From Candidatus Aegiribacteria sp. (GTDB taxonomy: Bacteria > Fermentibacterota > Fermentibacteria > Fermentibacterales > JCC-6): a stretch of 12,473 bases of DNA. Location of the stretch: the NCBI GenBank assembly GCA_046498225.1, contig JAWOBF010000071.1, positions 1 through 12,473 of the forward strand. Reading direction: 5' to 3'. The notes beneath the pieces are model-generated. The model ran no database searches. It saw only the letters and a program-made list of their open reading frames with translations, and was not told where the DNA came from. A program made the position numbers and the translations under genes. Shown here piece after piece: positions 6,931 through 12,473 of this stretch (positions are counted from its first letter, which is position 1; each line of letters begins with the position of its first letter).

Positions 6931-7162
6931 CTATTTCGCGGCCGCAGCTGTCGCTGCTTTTTTCATGCTGGCCTGCGAGGGCCCCACGGACGGTACCCAG
7001 CTCCTGGTGGACACGGACGCCTGCGTGGGCTGCGGCGAATGCGTGGAGGTATGCCCCTACAACGCCATTGAGGTCATAGACGGCGACGCGGTCATAGATC
7101 CGTCCCTCTGCCATTTCTGCTACAGATGCGTGGAGCAGTGCCCGGAAGGAGCGATATACTGA
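6914..7162 (+). CDS. Lipoprotein 2x[4Fe-4S] ferredoxin
   Basis: Overlaps the previous gene by 17 bp. Signal MTRYASYFAAAAVAAFFMLA-C (lipobox MLAC). Motifs CVGCGECVEVCP and CHFCYRCVEQCP. Confidence 0.88.
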   Translation: MTRYASYFAAAAVAAFFMLACEGPTDGTQLLVDTDACVGCGECVEVCPYNAIEVIDGDAVIDPSLCHFCYRCVEQCPEGAIY

Positions 7163-8367
7163 TGAAGATTTCGGCAATTGTTATCGTTCTCCTTCCCATG
7201 GCCGTTCTGGCGGTTACGCTGGACGGATGGATGAACATAGAGACCGGCGGTGACAGCCTGTCCCCCCGTATGGGTGACCTGGAGCTGGGAGGTTTCCTGC
7301 AGGGTGAGTCCTGGAATGTTCTCCTGCAGGAGAAGTACACCAGCATGGATACCACAGGTGTGGTGGAAAGGGTTGTAAACAGCTACAGCCGCACCGACAT
7401 CGATATCACCGTCCGGACCGGACCGGTCACAGTAAACCCCGATCTTGTATGGACCGTGGACATGGGCGACGACAAACCCCGGCTTGTTCTGCCGGTCCAG
7501 GCAGGAACGGCCCACAGGGAAGGTTTCGTACGGCCCGGCCTGGGTATAGAGGCCGACCTCAACGAAACCCTGAGATTATTCGCCAGGGGACTGTACTGGG
7601 ACAGGAACATTGTTCATGAAGACGGGAACGACCTGTCCTGGACGGATTACAGGGTCGGCGGAGGAGCCACCTGGGATACGCCATGGAGGACATCGCTCAC
7701 CGTCTCCGGGCTTACCCACAGCACAACCGCCGATTACATAGGCTACGACAACACCTGGAACAGGTACGATGTGAGCGTTGCCCTTCACCCCCGGTCGCTG
7801 CCCAGGAACATGTACTTCAGCGGCGACGTCACCTACTCAGTGTACGACGGGGTGGACTATCTGGACCGGGACATAGCGGACAGGCTCATCTCCAGGGTGA
7901 GGCTCATGCAGATGGGCATTCTTCCCTCCGTGTCGGTCAATACCTCCTTCGAGTCGGTTCTGGATTTCGATGACGGTACGGTCAGGGGGGCCTGTTCCTC
8001 CCTGGAATCCAGGCTCGTCTGGCAATTCCGGAAGGACAGGGTAATACCTTCAGCGGTTGTGCTGTCCGGAAGACTGACCAGGTCTTCCATCAGAACGGAG
8101 AGAGCCGGTGTTTTTTCCCGCATCAACGTCTACAGAGGACTGTCCCTGCTGTTCGACGCCGAAGCGAGGGTAACTCCCACGTCCATAGCCGGAGCCGGTC
8201 CCGACAGGCAGAGGTACGTATTCGGCCCCGGTCTGGAGTACCAGTTCGGGAACACCGCCCGCATATGGGGAGTTGTAGAACAGGAGAGGACGGACCTGGA
8301 CCGGAACCGGAACTGGTGGCGAATAAGGTCCGGCCTGGAATTCTACCCCGCCCGGGTGAGTTTCTGA
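7162..8367 (+). CDS. Predicted outer-membrane beta-barrel protein
   Basis: Start reassigned to ATG 7162 (TGATG overlap), 401 aa. Signal peptide MKISAIVIVLLPMAVLA. Alternating amphipathic strands with aromatic ends and short turns (RPGLGIEADL, LRLFARGLYW, YRVGGGATW, YDVSVAL, FGPGLEYQF, WWRIRSGLEFY). C-terminal Phe (RVSF) as in BAM substrates. Confidence 0.75.
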   Translation: MKISAIVIVLLPMAVLAVTLDGWMNIETGGDSLSPRMGDLELGGFLQGESWNVLLQEKYTSMDTTGVVERVVNSYSRTDIDITVRTGPVTVNPDLVWTVDMGDDKPRLVLPVQAGTAHREGFVRPGLGIEADLNETLRLFARGLYWDRNIVHEDGNDLSWTDYRVGGGATWDTPWRTSLTVSGLTHSTTADYIGYDNTWNRYDVSVALHPRSLPRNMYFSGDVTYSVYDGVDYLDRDIADRLISRVRLMQMGILPSVSVNTSFESVLDFDDGTVRGACSSLESRLVWQFRKDRVIPSAVVLSGRLTRSSIRTERAGVFSRINVYRGLSLLFDAEARVTPTSIAGAGPDRQRYVFGPGLEYQFGNTARIWGVVEQERTDLDRNRNWWRIRSGLEFYPARVSF

Positions 8368-8427
8368 CAGCACGGCGGTATCCGTCCGGCATTAACGTTC
8401 CCCGGTGGAACCTGAGAGGACGACAAA

Positions 8428-9564
8428 TTGTTTGAGGGTTTCGGAACCGGCCTGACACTGGGACTTGCAACTGGCACCGCGTGCCTTGCTTCCTGCGGTC
8501 CCATATACGCTTCTTATCTTATGGCCGAGAAGCGCACCGGCCTTCAGCCTCTCTGGGTCATCCTGAAACTGAACAGCGGCAGGTTCGCGGCGTACGCCCT
8601 GTTCGGAGCCCTGATAGGGTACCTGGGCGGCAGCGTGCCCGCGTCGGTGAGGGTTCCCCTGGCCCTCTCGGGCTACATACTCTTCTCCCTCTACCTTTTA
8701 CTGTCGGTGGTCCGGGTGCGGAAGAACTGCACCGGCTGCCATACCGGTAAGTTCCTGAAGATAACCAGGAGTTCCTTCCTGCTGGGAATACTCACCGGAT
8801 TCTCCATCTGTCCGGCTTTTCTGATAGCCCTTACCCGGGCATTCGATGCAAGCGGTCCCCTTAACGGCATGATGATGTTCTCCGGGTTCTTCGCCGGGAC
8901 CACAGTCTACATGCTCCCTTTTGCTCTTTTTGGAATGCTGACCATGAAGGACTGGATAACGAAGGCTGCCAGGGTAATAGCGGTTGTGGTGGCCATATAC
9001 TTCATGGCCGTGGGAATAAGGGGACTGGTGGGCTGGGTGACCAGGCCGGAACTGAGGGCTTCCAGCTCCCACGGGGCAGTTGAGGCGTCCGAGCTTACGG
9101 AAGACGAGGCTGGCTCGATATTCTCCATAGAGGACGCGGATACTCTTTACATCCTTACTTTCTCGGACGATGAGGATGATATGGGTGCCCGGCTGGCGCA
9201 GGATATGGACGCCGGTTTCCTTCCACCTGTCAAGGTGGTGCAGGCCCGAAGGGAGAACTGGAGAGAATCCGTAATGATGATTCCCGAACTTTCCGCGGCA
9301 ATGGTCCCGGTATGGGTAGACCCCAGGTACGGAGCGGATTCAAGTCCATGGCGGGATTCCCTTGCCGGGCTCGTGGAAAGCCGCCGGCTTCGAGCATTCG
9401 CGGTCGAGTACCAGCCATACTGCCTGGACAGGTACACGGGCATACAGTCCTTCCTCGAGAGGTACAGCTTCCGCTGTCACCCGGATTCGGGTTTCGTCTT
9501 CATGATGCTGAACCCGCTGGCGTGCTCCCCCTCGGAGTGTTCAACCTGCGACATTCCTCATTAG
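8428..9564 (+). CDS. DsbD_2/TauE-SafE-like (CcdA-related) six-TM membrane protein with extra C-terminal Cys-rich soluble domain
   Basis: TTG start after GAGAGG. Family signatures GLATGTACLASCGP (TM1), GRFAAYALFGALIGYLG, GILTGFSICP (TM4 Cys) and FFAGT. About six hydrophobic segments in residues 1-204. The roughly 175-aa tail ends ...YC...RC...CSPSECSTCDIPH. Confidence 0.8.
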   Translation: MFEGFGTGLTLGLATGTACLASCGPIYASYLMAEKRTGLQPLWVILKLNSGRFAAYALFGALIGYLGGSVPASVRVPLALSGYILFSLYLLLSVVRVRKNCTGCHTGKFLKITRSSFLLGILTGFSICPAFLIALTRAFDASGPLNGMMMFSGFFAGTTVYMLPFALFGMLTMKDWITKAARVIAVVVAIYFMAVGIRGLVGWVTRPELRASSSHGAVEASELTEDEAGSIFSIEDADTLYILTFSDDEDDMGARLAQDMDAGFLPPVKVVQARRENWRESVMMIPELSAAMVPVWVDPRYGADSSPWRDSLAGLVESRRLRAFAVEYQPYCLDRYTGIQSFLERYSFRCHPDSGFVFMMLNPLACSPSECSTCDIPH

Positions 9565-9569
9565 ATTAT

Positions 9570-9585
9570 CGTTGTCGATACAACG
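9570..9585. promoter_or_regulatory. Short palindrome upstream of the citD-citE fusion (possible operator or RNA hairpin)
   Basis: CGTTGT-CGAT-ACAACG in the 45-bp intergenic gap, ahead of the RBS AAGGAG. There is no U-tract. Confidence 0.3.
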
Positions 9586-9609
9586 GTCATTCATCGCTAA
9601 GGAGAGAAG

Positions 9610-10812
9610 ATGTCTGAAAAGGCTTCCAGCGGATATTCAGGACCGAAGATAAAATCCGACTGCAGGGTTTCGTACGAGAGCACAGGTGATAAGCTTCGAA
9701 TAGTGGTTTCCGGCACCGGAGCCTCCGATGACCTGGAGAAGGCGGTAAGGGAAACCGCTTCGAGGATAGGCGTGAACACCGGCATCGTGGAAGTTGAGGA
9801 CAGCGGAGCCGCCCCGTTCACGGCGGCCGCCCGGTTCGAGGCCTCGGCCAGGAAGGTTCTTGGCGGTTCGCTGCCCCTGCCGCCTTCCGCCGGAGTCTTT
9901 CGCGGATCCCACCGGAACAGGCCGAGAAGGTCCAGGCTCTATGTGCCGGGGAACAGGCCGAGGTTCATGGAGAAGGCCCTGGAGTCGGAGGCTGACGGGA
10001 TTATCCTGGACCTGGAGGACAGCGTCTCGCCCGGACGGAAGTTCGAGGCCCGCATTATGGTGGCCCACGCTCTGGCGAGCATGGACTTCGGTGACAGGGA
10101 AGTGATGGTCAGGATCAACCAGGGAACGGAGGGAGAAGAGGACCTTCAGTGGGTGGTCCCCCAGCCCGTCCAGCACATACTGATACCCAAGGTTGAGATT
10201 CCCGGACAGGTCACTTCGGTGCGGGACGCGGTGCTTGATATCTCCGCCGAGTGCGGCAGGGATGTTCCGGTATGGCTCATGCCCATAATCGAGAGTCCGC
10301 TGGGTGTGTTCAACGCCCTGGACATAGCCAGGTCCGCTCCGGACGAGATGGCGGCGCTCACTCTGGGGCTGCAGGACCTTTCGGCGGAGATGGGCGTAAC
10401 GCCTACCACGGAAGGCACCGAGAGCTTCACCGCCAGAAGCCTGATAATACTTGCGGCCAGAGCCGCGGGACTTCAGCCCATCGACACCGTCTACGCCGAC
10501 GTCAAAGACCAGGAGGGCCTCAGAGAATCGGTAAGACGCGCGAAGTCCCTGGGATTCGTGGGGAAGGGCTGCATACACCCGGCACAGGTGGAAATAATCA
10601 ATGAGGGTTTTCTGCCCGAAAGAAGTTCAGTGGACAGGGCCAGAAAGATAGTCATGGCCATGGAGCTGGCGGCTGAAGAGGGCCTTGGAGCCGTTACCCT
10701 CGGGTCCAAGATGATAGACCCGCCGGTTGCCAGGCAGGCGCAGGCGCTGGTTGATAACGCCATTCGGCTTGGCCTTGTTTCGGTGGACTGGCGCGATGAG
10801 GAGGGGGAATGA
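9610..10812 (+). CDS. citE: Citrate lyase beta-subunit-like (CitE; HpcH/HpaI family) CoA-ester lyase with N-terminal CitD acyl-carrier-like domain
   Basis: CitE motifs RSRLYVPGN, DGIILDLEDSV, VRIN, PKVE, IESPLG, GLQDL, GFVGKGCIHPAQV and MIDPPV. The N-terminal ~85 aa (G...KSDCRV...VEDSGAAPFTAAARFEA) parallel CitD (AGTLESxDxxI...VDDKGALDCxLxARLEA). Confidence 0.88.
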   Translation: MSEKASSGYSGPKIKSDCRVSYESTGDKLRIVVSGTGASDDLEKAVRETASRIGVNTGIVEVEDSGAAPFTAAARFEASARKVLGGSLPLPPSAGVFRGSHRNRPRRSRLYVPGNRPRFMEKALESEADGIILDLEDSVSPGRKFEARIMVAHALASMDFGDREVMVRINQGTEGEEDLQWVVPQPVQHILIPKVEIPGQVTSVRDAVLDISAECGRDVPVWLMPIIESPLGVFNALDIARSAPDEMAALTLGLQDLSAEMGVTPTTEGTESFTARSLIILAARAAGLQPIDTVYADVKDQEGLRESVRRAKSLGFVGKGCIHPAQVEIINEGFLPERSSVDRARKIVMAMELAAEEGLGAVTLGSKMIDPPVARQAQALVDNAIRLGLVSVDWRDEEGE

Positions 10813-11351
10813 TGAAATGCCCGAAATGCCACGTTGATCTGAATTCGGCGGAACTCCTGGGCGTGAAGATAGATACATGCCCTTCCTGCGGAGGAAGCTT
10901 CTTCGACAGGAACGAGCTGAGGCAGGCCCGCAACCGGGCGGACAGCGACCTCGCCTGGATGGAGTTCAACCTGTGGAAGGAAACAGACTCATTCCATGTC
11001 ACAAAGGAGTCCAAACAGTGTCCCTTCTGCGGGGAGAAAATGGCCTCTATAGGGTACGCGGACACAGGAGTGGAATTGGATTACTGCAGGGAATGCGGAG
11101 GAATATGGCTCGACCGCGGGGAGTTTTCCCGGATCGTGAACTCACTCGAGGAGGACATGGACAGCATGAGCGCCTCCGACTACCTGCAGGAGAGCGTCCG
11201 GGAGATGGAGGAGCTCATAAGCGCTGAAGGGGACTTTCGCGAGGAGTGGAAGCACTTCAAGACGGTACTCAAGCTGCTTGAGTACCGTGTACTGGCGGAA
11301 CACCGAACCCTTGCCAGGATAATAGAGAACTTCCGCAGCCCCTTCGCCTGA
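10809..11351 (+). CDS. Tandem zf-TFIIB (zinc ribbon) domain protein
   Basis: ATGA overlap with citE. Two repeats, CPKC...IDTCPSCGGSFFDRNEL and CPFC...LDYCRECGGIWLDRGEF, followed by an acidic helical C-terminus. Confidence 0.88.
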   Translation: MMKCPKCHVDLNSAELLGVKIDTCPSCGGSFFDRNELRQARNRADSDLAWMEFNLWKETDSFHVTKESKQCPFCGEKMASIGYADTGVELDYCRECGGIWLDRGEFSRIVNSLEEDMDSMSASDYLQESVREMEELISAEGDFREEWKHFKTVLKLLEYRVLAEHRTLARIIENFRSPFA

Positions 11352-11352
11352 T

Positions 11353-12168
11353 TCAGTCTCCCGGCAGCCGGGCCCGGACGCTGAACATCAGGGGAAGCAG
11401 TTCTTCCTTCCCCTCGGGCAGCTTCCAGAACCCGCCGCCGCACTCCACCATGCATGGAAGAGCCTTCCAGGGTATTTTCCGGTGTTCGTGCAAAAAATCT
11501 ATCAGGAACCCCTTCCCAATTAGTGCGTTCAGTATGTCTCCCAGGGTCCATTGCCATTCCCAGGAAGGGGTTTCCACCATATATCCGTCATCCGCGTAAT
11601 CCGGGAAGTTACCAGGCCAGCATCGGGGTTCATCCTCATGGAAGTAGGGGTACCTGACCTCCAGTCCATCAGATCCGTCGTCGAAAACACCCAGGAAGGG
11701 ATGGGAATCCATGATGTAGAAGATGCCTCCCGGTCTAAGGTACCTCCTGATAACGGCTGCCCATTCCTTCAGGTCCGACAGCCAGCAGAGTACTCCCACG
11801 GATGTGTAGACTATGTCAAACACTTCATCCAGCAATTCCGGCAGGTCGTATATGTTGGATTCCACGAACCTGGCGTGAAGACCGGTCTTCCCGGCCAGGT
11901 CACGGGCCACTCGAAGGGACTCGGGTGAGATGTCCACCCCGGTAACTCGAGCGCCCAGTCTGGCCCACGAGAGGGTATCGGTGCCTATGTGGCACTGGAG
12001 ATGCAGCAGGGATTTCCCCTCCACATCTCCAACCTCGCGAAGCTGCTCATCGTCTATCAGGTGGCCCCCCTCCAGGAGCCGCCCGTATTCGTACGACCTC
12101 GCGTGGGCCGCTGCCAGTTCATCCCAGTGGGTTCGGTTGCCCCTCTCGGCTTCGGGGTGCCTGTTCAC
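11353..12168 (-). CDS. Class I SAM-dependent methyltransferase
   Basis: Start reassigned to GTG 12168 (271 aa, MNRHPEAERGNRTHWDE) because the longer ORF overlaps the upstream transporter gene. Motif I LLHLQCHIGTDT, followed by VTGVDIS, FDIVYTSVGVLCW and LRPGGIFYI. Confidence 0.9.
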   Translation of the reverse strand: MNRHPEAERGNRTHWDELAAAHARSYEYGRLLEGGHLIDDEQLREVGDVEGKSLLHLQCHIGTDTLSWARLGARVTGVDISPESLRVARDLAGKTGLHARFVESNIYDLPELLDEVFDIVYTSVGVLCWLSDLKEWAAVIRRYLRPGGIFYIMDSHPFLGVFDDGSDGLEVRYPYFHEDEPRCWPGNFPDYADDGYMVETPSWEWQWTLGDILNALIGKGFLIDFLHEHRKIPWKALPCMVECGGGFWKLPEGKEELLPLMFSVRARLPGD

Positions 12169-12182
12169 TGCTCCCCGCGGTC

Positions 12183-12473
12183 CTAGAGGCCCTCGACCCT
12201 GCCCCGGGCGCTTGCCAGGATGTCGGCCAGTATGGGAAGCAGGATTATCAGCAGCCAGCCGAAGAGGAATTCCTGCGACCTCAGGCCGAAGCTTCCATAG
12301 GGGATAACCCTGTCCTGTATCTCGCTGAATATCATCCACAGGATTCCCATGGGGATTATCCACCGGACGCAGATGTTCCACCAGATGCCGATGCTGAAGC
12401 TGGAGTTCCGGTTGATGTACTGTCTCTGTTCCTCGGCGCCGGTACCCCAGCCGATTATCAGGACTTCACCGAG
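12183..12473 (-). CDS. Sodium-dependent transporter (NSS/SNF, LeuT-like family), C-terminal part; partial
   Basis: Not in the ORF track. My translation: LGEVLIIGWGTGAEEQRQYINRNSSFSIGIWWNICVRWIIPMGILWMIFSEIQDRVIPYGSFGLRSQEFLFGWLLIILLPILADILASARGRVEGL*, with TAG at 12185-12183. The pattern E-x-x-x-x-GW...IN..S...IG.WW......P...PYG...GW is typical of the last TMs of bacterial NSS transporters. Confidence 0.8.
   Translation of the reverse strand, partial: LGEVLIIGWGTGAEEQRQYINRNSSFSIGIWWNICVRWIIPMGILWMIFSEIQDRVIPYGSFGLRSQEFLFGWLLIILLPILADILASARGRVEGL

Noticed and set aside
7126..7161. Upstream start of the 413-aa ORF
   Set aside because: It overlaps the ferredoxin gene. ATG 7162 gives TGATG coupling and a proper signal peptide.
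8368..8427. Small hairpins (ACGG/CCGT, GTTCC/GGAAC) between the barrel and DsbD-like genes
   Set aside because: The stems are only 4-5 bp with no U-tract, not enough to call a terminator or ncRNA.
9637..10578. 313-aa antisense ORF, and other long antisense/alternate-frame ORFs such as 5397-6113, 3782-4258, 30-308 and 573-917
   Set aside because: These are shadow frames of well-supported genes, expected from codon bias, and show no recognisable motifs.
10818..10832. CPKCH as a c-type heme motif
   Set aside because: It is the first knuckle of a zf-TFIIB zinc ribbon in a protein with no signal peptide.
12169..12381. 71-aa N-terminal extension of the methyltransferase ORF
   Set aside because: It is low-complexity and overlaps the 3' end of the NSS transporter gene in another frame. 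GTG 12168 is the more plausible start.
1..12473. CRISPR arrays, tandem DNA repeats, integrase, reverse transcriptase/DGR or defence genes
   Set aside because: None seen by eye. The repeated elements are protein-level motifs (ferredoxin, FG-GAP) with divergent DNA.

Overview
Bacterial window from a diderm, probably anaerobic, FCB-group-like organism; the protein style suggests Ca. Fermentibacteria, which is inference only. Left part (1-5124, lower GC, minus strand): a 1224-aa secreted gingipain-family (C25) protease with CARDB and FG-GAP-like repeats, translationally coupled to a partial secreted beta-propeller-like gene missing from the ORF track. An eroded ISL3 transposase fragment with its terminal IR lies next to the 3' end of tRNA-Ser(CGA). 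Centre (5388-9564, plus strand) is the highlight. It is a tightly coupled operon of four signal-peptide-bearing [4Fe-4S] ferredoxin-domain proteins with about 10 cluster motifs in total. Two are predicted lipoproteins, and two carry the ferredoxin inserted into an FN3-like domain. These are followed by a predicted outer-membrane beta-barrel and a DsbD_2/TauE-like inner-membrane protein with an extra Cys-rich C-terminal domain. This looks like an envelope-spanning Fe-S-based ('porin-ferredoxin') redox system, which I do not recognise as described. Right part: a CitD(ACP)-CitE fusion, a double zf-TFIIB protein, then a convergent class I SAM methyltransferase and the 3' end of an NSS/SNF sodium-dependent transporter. 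All family calls come from motif recognition by eye; no searches were run.
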